Below, in pieces: positions 40,500-54,020 of a stretch of DNA of 64,000 bases. The stretch lies in assembly GCF_006345805.1 (NCBI RefSeq), contig NC_042998.1:16182001-16246000 (forward strand), in the 5' to 3' direction. Origin of the DNA: Octopus sinensis (taxonomy: Eukaryota). The translations under genes were made by a program, and so were the position numbers. Under the pieces are notes generated by a model. The model ran no database searches. It had not been told where the DNA came from and saw nothing but the letters and a program-made list of their open reading frames with translations. Positions within the stretch are counted from its first letter, which is position 1. The number at the start of each line of letters is the position of its first letter.

Positions 40500-41700
40500 T
40501 TTTAAATTTAGAAAAAATCTTAACTGAAAGACACGTATTAAAATTCGTCGATCACGTCTGGGTTTTAAGAGTGCATATTTAACGATGCTAAACAAAGATA
40601 CTGAATAGCCAACCTTTGAGATAGTCAAGTCAGTCTAATGAAAATGTGATGGAAGTGACCCACATCAGTATAAAGTGTATATGGGATGGTGATAATTGAA
40701 TAAATACGAACAAATTAATTAGATAACAGTGTACTATAGTACTAAAGTGTCCAGAATTCTATATTTGCAATTATAGTTTCTAAGACTTGAAAAATAGTCT
40801 TAAATAATATTGACTAAAGAAAAAAATAAAGTCACTGACTTTATAAATAGTGCTTGTTATCTTGTAGATAATAAGGTTCTTTCTATGTTTTCTATTTATT
40901 TGAGAAGATATGTTGCTGAGGCAAATGATGTTATGTGCGTATTCACATCTAATGAAAGAACTACATGTATTCAAGTTTTCATCAAAGACAAGTATCATTT
41001 CCCTGACTGTTCATTTTATATTTAAATAGGATAAGTACACACCTGATGTCAATTGTTGCAGAATATTGCATTCGCGTATTGACGTCACTCACAAAGTTGT
41101 TGTATTTATTGGTCTACTTTGCTTTGTTGCTCTTTCCTATTACATTTCGGTATAATTGTATCTAATTATTAATTGAAGCATCTGCGAAGTAGAAGTCATA
41201 TAAGGGACCTTTGTCAAGAACGGGTACATTTAGGAGTATATAGTGGTCACATGACAAATTACATTAACTTCCTTTAGCTTTGTTAGGGATAGCCTCAAAC
41301 CAATAGATTACATCAGTAATGACATATACGTGCCTCCGGGATAATATATCTAGGATGTGCTTATTAATCTTTCTAGAATCAGCCTTAGTGGGATTGATTA
41401 ATCTGATTGTGGGTTTATGTTAAAAGTTAACCATGTGAACATTAGCAGTAAAACATGGTTCAATGGACGCGCGTGCTCCGATACGGTCATTACCATGTAA
41501 ATTAAAGGCAATAACGTATCCCTGGTTCTCCGTTTCATTTAATGTAGACCTCTTAGATAACTTATCGTTGCTTGTAATAGCATTGAAGATTACTCGGCAG
41601 TGTATATTTATATCCATTCAGGAAAGTGCTCAAATTTATCTGATTTCAAATGTATCCGGTTAAATGCTCTGATTTAACAGATTCCAACACCGAGCATTTG
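40500..41700 (-). pseudogene. Penelope-like reverse transcriptase relic
   Basis: DRIGARASIEPCF, HKPTIRLINPTKADSRKINKHILD and ITDVIYWFEAIPNK match the PLE RT pattern KDHK..F...P..RLINP.K..IG.ISK.ILD...VI.WF..I.NK. Many stops and frameshifts. The boundary below about 41050 is less certain. Confidence 0.72.
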
Positions 41701-41834
41701 CTGACGCTTGCTTTGATATATACGAATGTCATTTTCGTAATAAGTTAATATATGTTATCTTCGAAAGAGCTTAACCTCTACAAAGCCACTACTTCTACAA
41801 CGGGCTCAATGCAGGCGAATTTACTTCACTCACA

Positions 41835-41904
<70 letters not shown>

Positions 41905-42457
41905 CACACGCGCGCACATACACTTACGCACACATGTATATATGTATGTATATATATATACATACATACATACATACATTCAAGCTTCCGTATAATTTTA
42001 TATGTATACATGCATATATATATAAGGCGTGTGTGCGCGTGTGTGTCTGTGGTCAGTAGTACATTACACGCAAGTTTGACAGCTAGCCATATCTGTATTT
42101 ATTATAACATTGGTCAACAAAGAATTTGTCTATAAAAACAACCTGTATTTTATATGTTTTTTGCATTCAGAGTTCAAAATAATATCAAATTATCTGTATC
42201 ATCTAGAGTTTATCTGTTCCACGATAGCCCTCTCAGTTCCTGTTACGTTAAGCTGTTGAAATGTGAAGCTAACGGTTTAAGAAATACCCCCAATTTAAAT
42301 GTTTATGAGTAGAAATAACCTGATGAAATCATAAATCTAGCAATTTGAGTCAATGAGCCACCGAAACTTGGCAACAATGAGTCGATGAGTCACCGAAGGT
42401 TTAACAATGTATGTGTACGGTTGAGTACTAAGTTCACACATTTCATACACTTTCATA

Positions 42458-42925
42458 ATGCCAAGGAACTGTATAAACATCGCAAACAACCTTTGCTATG
42501 TGTGTGGTGACTTGCGATTCAAGTCACACAGAGAGCATTTCGCTCCATCGAATAAAAATATGAGCGCTTGATAAAAGCTTGGCAAATCATGTGTGTTGTG
42601 TAACTTATGTGAGACTGCTTTGGCCACGTCCTATGCCTTTTTCTATCCCTATGATTAGGAGAGAGCCTAAATATCACACTTCAGATTTCAACTTGATGAA
42701 TCTACAAGGTATAACATCAAAATCCAAGCATACGGTAAAATATCCTAATTTATAATCTGCTGTGTACCTGGTCCTCCAATCAAAGAACACTTAGTGATGA
42801 CGAGTCAAGTGATGAAGATATGGAGAAAGAAACAGAATACATGGAGTTTGAGTCTAACCGTGGATCACATTTGTTGAGTCACGGGGATCTGCATGATCTT
42901 GAGCGGGATTTAAACTTATCTGTAA
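42458..42925 (+). pseudogene. DNA transposase N-terminal relic, possibly Chapaev3/CMC type
   Basis: MPRNCINIANNLCYVCGD, IRREPKYHTSD and KHTVKYPNL*SA resemble the C..N.D.FCYICG / MIWREP..H..DC pattern. The superfamily name is from recollection. Confidence 0.55.
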
Positions 42926-43775
42926 TCTATATATTGTGACCCAGTTCTTTCTCTAGTGATTCCAATGATTTCCTCAATGTCAGGTTATCATGGATAAGAG
43001 TTTTTTAAAAATATCTTTATAACTGATTGTTTCGTAGATATTGAACGTTTTCCAATATGTATTGTAAAGTAAAGCATAGCCTTAGTCTTTTAAAGTACAC
43101 TAATGGTCGCAATAATGCAGTAAAAATGACATACTGATATTTAAAAGTGCACAAAATGTGTTCAAAAGAATGGTGCAATCTCTTGCGAGTAGATACGTAA
43201 ATTACATTGTTAGGTAAGAAATAGACGTTGAATGAAAATTCAGCTTCAGTATTTAAATTGAAACGTATCTCTTCAGTTGAAATATTGCTACACTTGTATA
43301 TAATTGTAATTGGTATTGAGAGTTGCTTTGAATCAATAACACAACCAGACACAAGACCTCATATATTTAGAAAGATGTGAATTGTCATGAAATGATTGTG
43401 TACACACTAGAAAGGAAATAGTTCGAAATGGTCTCCACTATTAAACGAATTTGGGTAAATTAATTTCTTATGTAGGTACAAGGTCACATATTTAAGATGA
43501 ACACCTATCCCGACACAGTTACTAGAATAGCATTCATTGTGGAGTCATAAACAGTAAACACGTTTTACTCGCCACTGTATCTGACGGCCTGCTCTCAGTT
43601 TCCTCTTCAGAATTAAAGTTTAAACAAATCGTTGGCGTATATTTTTTTAATAAATGCTACGATATCAAATACAAAGACCCATTCTTTTTTTCTATTTTTT
43701 TTCTTTTGTCACTCATTATACAATGAAGAGGAAAAGAACCTGATGTTTGCAACAGATGAAGATGATGACTGGATG

Positions 43776-43812
<37 letters not shown>

Positions 43813-45202
43813 ACACTTCCTGTTTGTCATTCAATTGACTTTCTAATTACAATATCGAGTTCGGTTTTCGTCCAACAAAAGCCAACCATCCACTCTAGTT
43901 CGGATATGCGATGTCGCAATATTGCAAGCACTATCACCTTGCTGCTCGCTCATCTTTCCTTTTCTGACTTTTTTTTTTTTGGAGGACTAAGTATTTTGCA
44001 AGTGTACCAGAAACAACACCGCCATACACAGCAACCGACGTTTGAACTTCGTATTTAATCAAAAGGGGAATGTGTGAGTACGTTACGAAAATGCTGGTCT
44101 TACCTGTGGATATTATATCTAGATTTATTTGCATAACATCATTGAGCAGGTATACCTTCTTCGATTACATTCCCAAACTCGGTGCATTGAAACATCACAC
44201 ATTTTAATTGTTACATGATGGTTTAAGAAAATCTAAGTTATCTATCCTGTATTAAGTACTGACAACGGAACATGAGAATCATCGAAAACATTTACCAAAT
44301 GTTTTGGAGTAGAGCTTTTTGAATTTTTATAACAGGTACCACATCATGTGGGAGATTTATCAGGAGCTTTGAATATACTCATTTCGTCGTTTTTAATAGC
44401 AGAGTGACTGCTGTTGTCTTCAGAGAAATTAATTTACTTTCACGCGTTATTCTTTTTTTTTTTTTTTTGTCTGAGAGTTCGAAATCTGCGTAACAATGAA
44501 ATTGCGAAACCTTTATGAATCATTTTGCTCTAGTGACGTTGATATTATTCCGGATGTGGGGTTTTTTTTGCATTATTTTTTCTAGCTCTTGCTAATTATA
44601 GCAGTAGGGATTTTTTTTTCTTGTTCATCTTGCAACAATTCCAATGTCTTGCTTTTGATCTCCTGTTTCTGTCTTTATTGTAGCTGTCGTTGTTCCTCTA
44701 ATTCTAGTTACGGTAAATATCAGCCGAGCCGAAATAGTCGCAGCTGGCGCCGCATCTGTTTCGGTGGTTATCTTAACGGCTGTTGCTTCTGTTGTAGCTT
44801 TGTTGTTTAACAGACTTGTTAATTGATATTGATCCCACAAACAATTCGGTGTGACGTTGTGACACCAAACGCTTGATTTAGGAGTGAGGATCCTAAGGTC
44901 ATTCGTTAACACACCACGACATGTTTATCGATATCTCTATTTTTGCCAATCTTCTGTGTTATGCTCTCCGTTTGCAGTTAGAGAATTGTCATCACTGTTA
45001 TACCTTAGTTTATCGGGATTTTCTACATGCCTCTTTATGATTGTATGAAAGTTATTTGGAGTAGGAGAGAAGTTGGCCGTGTATTCGTGTATATGTTTTT
45101 GTTGTTGTCTACATAGCTTTTTCCTGAAATACAATGCAGTGGTTATTGCTGTTATGAATTGATTCATTACTAAGTTTCATTTATTGAAAGTAATTCTGGT
45201 GT

Positions 45203-45502
45203 GCCTTTAAGTTTTTAAACAATAAAAGGTTTTGAATGGTACAACAATGCACTATGATACAGAAAATGTGTTATATACATGTTGTACTTTAGTCATCCAT
45301 ACTTTGGAATAAAATTCCTTCTTCAGATATTCTTAGATGAAGTCACTGCGACTCCATATAAGAATATCTGAAGAAGGAATTTTATTCCGAAATATCATCA
45401 GACTATGGATGACTAAATTACAACAGGTAGATAGCCCATTTTCTATATCATAGTGCATTGTTGTACCATTCAAGCCCTTTTATTCTTTAAAAACTTAAAG
45501 GC
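45203..45502. mobile_element. Imperfect palindrome of about 300 bp carrying a hammerhead motif (family G)
   Basis: Arms 45203-45335 and 45359-45502. The inner 30 bp (45306-45335 vs 45359-45388) are a perfect inverted repeat. Confidence 0.8.
45364..45398 (+). ncRNA. Hammerhead ribozyme-like motif, family G
   Basis: CTGAAGA A GGAAT ttt ATTCC GAAA T ATC. It has a 5-bp stem II and palindromic ATAT, but stem I is only about 2 bp. Confidence 0.55.
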
Positions 45503-45891
45503 TCATTCAGAACCTTTTATTCTTTACAAAAAATACACAATGATTCAAGCGAACTACGATACTCTCCTTTTAAGTTTTTGTTCACATCTGCAGCGAAAGT
45601 ATTTTCTCATAAACTACTCCTCTGTTGGTTTAGCATCTGACCTTTCATTTCTATACAACCAAACGCAGTAGCTGGCACTCCAAATTGAAGAGAGTTTCAC
45701 CAAACGCTTCAAATTCTTCAAATACCTGGAGGAATTCCATAGACATATAATGTATGCATACGATATGTCTTATTTTTAGCTGAGTAGTTATGAAATGCTT
45801 AATAATATAAATATTATTTCCAATTGCACAATGTGAATGTTAATGAATGAAGACTTATATTTCATGTCGAGTATATGACAGAGATAGTGGA

Positions 45892-46265
45892 GGCGCAATG
45901 GCCCAGTGGTTAGGGCAGCGGACTCGTGGTCGTAGGATCGCGGTTTCGATTCCCAGACCGGGCATTGTGAGTATTTATTGATCGAAAATACCTAAATCTC
46001 CATGAGGGTCCGGCAGGGATGTTGGTGATCCCTGCTGTACTCTTTCACCACAACTTTCTCTCACTCTTACTTCCTGTTTCTGTTGTACCTATATTTCAAA
46101 GGGCCGGCCTTGTCACTTTCTGTGTCACGCTGAATATCCCCGAGAACTACGTTAAGGGTATACGTGTCTGTGGAGTGCTCAGCCACTTACACGTTAATTT
46201 CACGAGCAGGCTGTTCCGTTGATCGGATCAACCGGAACCCTCGTCGTCGTAACCGACGGAGTGCT
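45892..46265 (+). mobile_element. tRNA-derived SINE, full length
   Basis: A box TGGCCCAGTGG, B box GGTTTCGATTCCC, and a body shared with 21865-22160. Confidence 0.85.
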
Positions 46266-46504
46266 TCCAATATGACAGAGATATCAAAACAGAATACTAT
46301 GTGAGAATTTTAACCATTGCATTGAGAATCAATTCCAGGCACATGTTTCTGAATATTTTCAACGTCATCTTATTTTATATTAATTTTTATATGTGTTGAT
46401 GTGTGAAAAAATAGAATTTTGTTCACATACTCTTTGCTCTTTTACTCTTCTACTTATAAGAATTTAGTAGTTTTCACTCATTTATTCCAATTCATTTACT
46501 CTTT

Positions 46505-46720
46505 TTCCCTTTTACTTGTTTCACTCATTTTGACTGCGGCCATGCTGGAGTACCGCCTTTAGTAGAGAAAATCGATCCCGGGACTTATTCTTTTTAAGCC
46601 CAGTACTTATTCTATCAGTCTCTTTTGCCGAACCGCTAAGTGACGGGGACGTAAACACACCAGCATCGGTTGTCAAGCAATGCTAGGGGGACAAACACAG
46701 ACACACAAACACAGACACAC

Positions 46721-46804
<84 letters not shown>

Positions 46805-46985
46805 ATATATATACATATATACGACAGGCTTCTTTCAGTTTCCGTCTACCAAATCCACTCACAAGGCATTGGTTGGCCCGGGGCTATAGCAGAAGACCAC
46901 TTGCCCAAGATGCCACGCAGTGGGACTGAACCCGGAACCATGTGGTTGGTTAGCAAGCTACTTACCACACAGCCACTCCTGCGCC
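46505..46985 (-). mobile_element. SINE family 2 carrying an extra 3' flank (46455-46504)
   Basis: Very similar to 15471-15871 and shares 50 bp of identical downstream flank with it. Confidence 0.9.
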
Positions 46986-47429
46986 TATACACATATTGTG
47001 AATTGTGACGAAATGTTATCAATATTTGCTTTTAGTAGAGCATTGGTGACACTGTCTTTCACTAATTGGTATTAAAATAGATTTGCCTTTATGAATATTA
47101 ACAGCTATCATAAAGAAAAGATTGTTCCTTCTCAAATCTCTTGCTATTCTTCATGAAATATAACAGTAGACTTCTTTTCACTGATTTCATTACGTCATAA
47201 AAGTTATTCAGTGAATGATAATACGGTATTCATATTTGTGAACAGCACTACATTTCCAATTTTCAACTGATTATGATTTTTTGGAAAATATTGCAAAAAT
47301 CGGCATTTTTTCAATTTTACATAATAACGACAGACGTCCGGTCAAAAAAAAAGTTGCAGAGCATATTTGGATAAAGACAAACTCCAGTTTGATTATTTTT
47401 ACATTCCTATTAGCTTTAACTAAGAATAT

Positions 47430-47584
47430 CCATTCATTCATTCATCCATTCTTCCATCCATACATACATCCATCCATCCATCCATCTATCCATACATACA
47501 TACATACATACATACATACATACATACATACATTCATACATACATACATATATACATACATACATACATACATACATACATACA

Positions 47585-47613
<29 letters not shown>
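47430..47613. repeat. (CATC)n/(ATAC)n microsatellite
   Basis: Read directly from the sequence. Confidence 0.95.
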
Positions 47614-47616
<3 letters not shown>

Positions 47617-48911
47617 GTTAGACTATTTATGATGATGAGCTGCAATACTCACCGCTAACATTTCCATATATTATAAATGAAGTGACAGGTACTTATTCAA
47701 ACCTTCATACCTTGTATTTATTACGAAAACAAACATTCGGTTTCTGTCAGCAAAACTATATTTCACTACGTAAGAAATAACAATAAATTGATGCAAAAAG
47801 TCTCTTACAAAATACCACACAAAGAACGAGGGTATTAAGAATAAAAAGGTAGTCCTAATATCGGAGTTATCAAAAGAAATATACCAAAAATGATATTAAA
47901 ATAGAACTGTATCATGAAAATAAACATACGGAATCAGCTGCTAATAGTTTCATGCTTCTGTAATGCTATAAATTGACATATTTATAAAATACTCAATTTT
48001 GTCAGTGAACGGAGTACTTTTCTGCCGATTCTTCTTATGTCGGATGTATAAACTACATATATATGTATATAGACAGAGATATAGAGTGAAACATATATGT
48101 ATCAACAGACACAAGCCCAGAGAACTAAAGCCATGTATATCAATTCAAAATAACAGTGGACGGAATCCTAACGACAATACAGTAGTAGACAAATTATAAT
48201 GGTACCACTTACAGAAAATCAACTACTAAAATTTAGTCATAAACCAATTTGAATCTGCAAAGTAATAACAAAACAAGAAGAAAATAAATTAAGACAGCGC
48301 ACCAATATGTCCACAGTCCTGGGGCTAAACCTATTATCGTTTATATAAAATAGACTTGTGTGTGTGTGTATGTATTCGCTTTTCACGCGAAAATTTGGGA
48401 TGCATAAATAATTTGACCTCGGATACACAATAGGATCTTCAGTTAATTTTTCTCTTTTTATTAAAAGTAGTAAATGATATTGCTTTATATATATGATTCA
48501 CTTCTTTGAAAATCTTTCTTAATGTCAGCTTCCGCTATTGACGTAGGAACGGCGAAGATTTTCCGTTTTCATTTGCTAGACCTCTCACTCTCTTTTAATG
48601 TTTTCATTTCAAATTTTAACTGGCTATATACAAACAACTACGATAAATTACTGAACTAAATATTTACTAAGTTCACCAATTTAAATATTGGGTACAAGAT
48701 AATTTTTAACTAGATTGTATTTATACAAATTTTGCGTTTCATGTTTATTTCATTCATTGTTTGCAATGTTCTCCCTACCCACTCTCGCTCTCACACACAC
48801 TTAAATACACACACACAAACAATCACACACAGAGAGTCTCTCTAGTATAAGCACATACTTTTTGCTTAGTTGCTATTTGGGCGCCGTGTTCATCCCTATG
48901 TATTGGTAGTC

Positions 48912-48956
<45 letters not shown>

Positions 48957-49299
48957 ACACACACACACACGTGTTTTTCTATGTACATCTGTATACATTT
49001 ACGTACGTGTGTGTGATTGTGTGTGTGAGAGATGTCTAAGTGGCATTCACTCTTTCTCTATCTCTCTCTCTCTCTGAAACACACACACAAACACATACAC
49101 TATCTAAGTGGCATTCACGCTCTCACTCCCTCGCTCTCTCTCACACACACACATTTCCATTTCATCTGATGTTTAATACTGTATGTCTGTGTGTGTGTGC
49201 GTTCGTGCGGTGTTCCACAATCATGAGATATTTCAATCTTGCGAAGATATTGATGTAACTCATTTTCTCAATTATTCCCTGTCCTATTTTTTTTAAATG

Positions 49300-51797
49300 T
49301 ATCTGAGAACAATATTCTCACTGTCTACAAGAGGAGATGGGGTAGATATAGATGATTAGTATACTACAGTGAAGCAAACCTGAATACAGGTAACCAGTGT
49401 CAATGTTGCGTTTTGCAACTCTGTTAACGCTATTAACTATGCTTGCAAATATATAAACAAAGATTTAGATGGTTCAATGCCACAATCGTTAGCAAGCCGG
49501 GCGAAATGCTTAGCGGTATTTCGTCTGTCTTTACGTTCTGAATTCTAATTGCGCCGAGGTCGACTTTACCTTTCATCCTTTCGGGGTCGATTAAATAAGT
49601 ACCAATTACGCGCTGGGCTCGGTGTAATCAAATTAATCTCTTTGTCTGTCCCTGTTTGTCCCCTCTATGTTTAGACCTCTGTGGGCAATAAAGAGATAAA
49701 TATACATAATTTTTCAGAATGGCAGTCAGCAGATAAATACAAATAACGAATTTGAACAGTATGACAGAGGAAGGCACATCAATGGGGCTGTTAGGCGCAT
49801 CTTCAATTTTCCCATTCATGAAAAGTACACAGCCATCATTTAACTGGATGTCCATCTAGAGTTTGGCCATCGGGTAATCTTTACAAAAGAAGCATCCTTG
49901 TAACATGCACTTTCTCCAAAAGGAACCGTCCTTACTGACATTTTAAGTTGAGTCAAGTAGATGAAGATACAAGAAAACTCCTGTACCCACAAGTACCCAA
50001 ATATTACACATGGAGAAACAATAACTGGCACAAGAGGAAACGTGGGACTAAGGCTCTCGCAAGAATCTGCAGTGTCCACCGAAACCTAGTAGAATGCGAC
50101 TACTTGTGGCTCCTTTAGCATGAAATACGAGGTCCCACATAATTCCAAGTTTCGAGTAGTAGGGTAAATAGTCATGTGTTTGAAACTCATAGGGATGTAT
50201 CCTATCAACAAGGTGTTTTAGAAAATAATGAGACTGGGGAATGTGCATTGACTGAAGCATGAGTATCAGATTTTCCAACGAAACTCCGTAACTTTTTTCA
50301 AACTATACGGAACATATCTCAATTTGGTAGTCCCCTAAAACTTTTGACGAAACATCCTGAAGACACAGTTGAGGACTTTAACTATTCAGTTCAACAGGCA
50401 ATCCTATATATCAGTATTCAGTTCTCTGAAACAATTTTTACCCAAGCACTGATTGAAATTGAATGAATATAAACGTAAATGTCTTCGACGTTGCGCATAT
50501 GATAAAGTTATTTCGTCAGTCGGAGAAAAAAGAGGAGGAATTTTCTTGACTTTTCTGGTAGCATAGGGAAAATATTTGTAACAACATTGCTTCTCTCCAA
50601 AGTAGGGCAGCAGAAAAGAAGTGTAGTTGCTGTAACAACGTCTGTTATTGATGCCACCATTCTCCCAGAAGGGAAAATAGCTCATTCTGCTTTTAAATTA
50701 GAGCTAAACCTGGTCCCAAATGGCAGTCCAATTTGCAACATAAGAAAAGAATCAGGTTCAGCAATTGCCACCTGATAATTTGTGATGAATGAAACGTCAC
50801 ATAGAGGTGAAATGGAAGCTATTGATTAAACCTTAGAGGACATAAGAGGCAACAATAAATCTATGGGAGGAGCTACATTAGTTTCATCAGGAGAATTCAG
50901 TCAGCTATTACCAGTCATTCCGAGACGAACATGATCTGATGAAATAAAAACGTGCATAAAGTCTTCACAAAAGTACAGAAATTCTCTTTCTATACTAACG
51001 TGCGAGATTTATTACATGGAGACCAACGGGCAGAAAAACGTTGTCAACCTGGCTCCTCCAATTAGGAAATGGGAATGTTCTATTTGAAATCATTTTGGCT
51101 CGTGTTGCTCTCATGATGAATTCCCCATCTGAACTGAAGTACAGGGTATTTCCAGACTTAAGTAATAACTACAAATTCACATAAATGATTGTGTGAGAGG
51201 GCAATTCTTGCTCCAAATAATGAGACAGAAGCAATGATTGACCATGAATTAATGAATAAGATTCCAACAGTCATTAAGGAGTACAAATCAGTTGATTCAG
51301 TCCTTGATGAAAATCAAACTCTATGTTAAACAACAGAGTTCTTTAATTCCCTTCAGCCACCTGTAACTCCTTTACATAAAGATTTCTGAAAGTAGGAGTC
51401 CTAATAAAGTTTCTAAGAAATTCAGATCCTCATAAATTATGCAATAGGATAACGTTGATTGCGAATACATTATCACCTAATGTGATAGAAGCTACCATGA
51501 TATCATTGGATGTTCGTTTGAGGAAGAGGTTTTAATTCCAAGGATTCCAACCATACCAACGGGCCTACCGTATGAGTTCAATTGAACACAATAACCAATG
51601 CAACTTTGCTTCGCAATGTCTATTAATATAGATCAAGGTCAGGTTTTGAAATGTACTAGATCCACTTAATTGAGACTTGCTTTTCTCGTGGTCATCTTTA
51701 TGTTGGTTGCTCCAGGCTTGGTAGTTTGAAAGACTTATTTTCCTATGCTCCAAACCAGAGAACAACGAACGTTGTTTACCCAGAAGCTCTTACGTAA
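49300..51797 (+). pseudogene. Helitron Rep/PIF1-helicase relic, interrupted by a SINE
   Basis: VNVAFCNSVNAINYACKYINK, AVRRIFNFPIHEKY, HEIRGPT, ATILPEGKIAHSAFKL, GEFSQLLPVIPR, LCERAILAPNN, FAMSINIDQGQ, FSRGHLYVGCSR and NVVYPEALT*. Confidence 0.92.
49470..49702 (+). mobile_element. SINE family 3 inserted in the Helitron
   Basis: Family signature present; Helitron coding motifs resume on both sides. Confidence 0.88.
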
Positions 51798-51874
51798 TTT
51801 CCTTCAACATATGGGGCATCTCTCTTCATAAAATTGGCAGATTTTGTATTTTCATTTATAATTAATTTTATTAT

Positions 51875-52507
51875 TATTATTAATATCATTATTAATGCCC
51901 GACTCCTAGGGCAAAGAAACTCATAGTATACATTGGTAGGCCATTAAACCAAACTCAGTAGTTCGTTGATTTTTTAAATTTTTTTTTTTAAAGTTAAATT
52001 AAAATACATGAGCAGCAACAGTTCTCACATCGACAATGCTCTTCTCAATACGTGTGATGCACCAGTTAAGACGATCTTTTGCACTTCTTGCTGGGATGGT
52101 AAACCAGAGGGATCATTCTCATATAATTTTCGGTTCCCTTCTTGATCATTCCTAGTGCTCCTACGATCACTGGTATTGTAACCGCCTTGAGATGCCACAT
52201 TTTCTCAATTTCAATGAGTAGGTCTTTATATTTTCTGAGCTTGTCAAACTCTTTCGCTGAGATATTATGATCACAGGGGATGCTCATGTCGATCAATAAG
52301 CAAACTTTATTGTTTTTGTCTTTCACAACAATATCTGGTTTATTGGCCTTGATGGTTCGGTCTGTATGTACTGGAAAGTCCCACAGAATGGTTACATTTT
52401 CTCCTTCAGTTACAGCCTCAGGGTGGTGATTATACCACTTGTCGGCAGTTTTGATATGTAATGCCGACTTATTAGCCATTGGAGATATTGGCCAACTCTG
52501 ACATGTC
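51875..52507 (-). mobile_element. 5'-truncated R4/Dong-type element with a well-preserved RLE domain
   Basis: ORF 52066-52743 includes TILWDFPVHTDRTIKANKPDIVVKD...LIDMSIP...K..KYKDLLIEIEKMW. The 3' UTR is shared with 34165-35030. AAT-type repeats lie at both ends. Confidence 0.9.
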
Positions 52508-52557
<50 letters not shown>

Positions 52558-52624
52558 GCTATTATTATTATTGCTATTATTATTATTGCTATTATTATTA
52601 TTGCTATTATTATTATTGATATTA

Positions 52625-52912
52625 TTATTGTTCTTATTCTGAAAGACTCTCGGATAGTTCTTAATTACCGGGTATTCTTTTCTTAGAAGCAGGCAATAAC
52701 AAATCGCCAAAGGTTTCAAGTAGTACCTTTTCCTGTGACACAAAGGGACAATACTTTCCTTATAATGCGAGCTGTACCTAACATTGCTGTCTTCTGGATC
52801 ACCTCGAGCCAGACAGCAGCTCCAATATCCTTAATATATTTTTCAACGCCCTTGGAAACTGCTCCTAATGCTCCAATTACCACCGGTTTCACCATTACAT
52901 TCCTCATGTCCC
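52625..52912 (-). mobile_element. Second R4/Dong-type 3' end (different family)
   Basis: KPVVIGALGAVSKG...EVIQKTAMLGTARIIRKVL, then a short UTR and an (AAT)n tail. Confidence 0.82.
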
Positions 52913-52919
52913 ATAACTT

Positions 52920-53110
<191 letters not shown>

Positions 53111-53963
53111 TTATTTTGTATTATGATTTCAGAATTAATTTCCAAATTTAAGAATAAATTGTATCCCAATTGAAGCATAAATTGAATTTCGAATACATTT
53201 TTATATAACATATTTTTCTTTTTTTCTTTCAATATAATAGAAAAAATTTAATTCCCAGACAACACCGTTTGCCTCAACTACTCAAAAGAATAAAAGTATA
53301 AAATAATTACCACATCGTGAATAACACTGAAATACTGATACCCTTTAGGCGCTTTACTTTTCTCTCGAATTTAAAGCATAAAACATTAACCACTGACCTA
53401 ATACACCGCACTGAAGATTATGAACATTAATTACCTTAATACTATTCGTGATGAGAAAACAAATTCTATCTACTATCAGTTACCAGGTTAGGACACCTGT
53501 ATATTTTATCATATTATACCATGTATATTTACCTCAATCTTTTACCATTTTTTTTCTGGTTCCGTATTCGTTTACCTGCTAAAATGCATATATCCATGCA
53601 TTTTTTGGTAAGCAACAACCCAATCGTAACATGTAACATCGCTTTAAAATGATGCTGACAAGCGAGGTTAAGGCGTGTTGTGTTAGGTTTTAGAATCAAT
53701 AGTGTTTTTTTTTCAGTGATCTTGAATACTATAACTACTTTATTAAAAAATCATAAATCATAATTTATGGTTTTAGAAATATTTCAAAAATATTGATACT
53801 TATATTAAGAATTGCGAAACAGATTCATAAAGGATCCTTAAAATATTTAGCTTTCGTAATTTTTGTCGTGTAGAATTATGATGTTATATCTGGAATGTAC
53901 TCGATAGTGATCTGTCTGTATGATACAGTTTCATATTATTTAATATTTCTCTTCACTCCATAG

Positions 53964-54020
53964 GAACATTTCTGTATTATTTGCACAACAAATTTTTTCG
54001 AGTACAAATTTGGTGGCTAG
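53964..54020 (+). CDS. Candidate 57-nt symmetric exon
   Basis: Strong acceptor tttctcttcactccatAG and donor TAG|GTAAGT. Two frames are open. Confidence 0.27.
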   Translation, partial: EHFCIICTTNFFEYKFGG

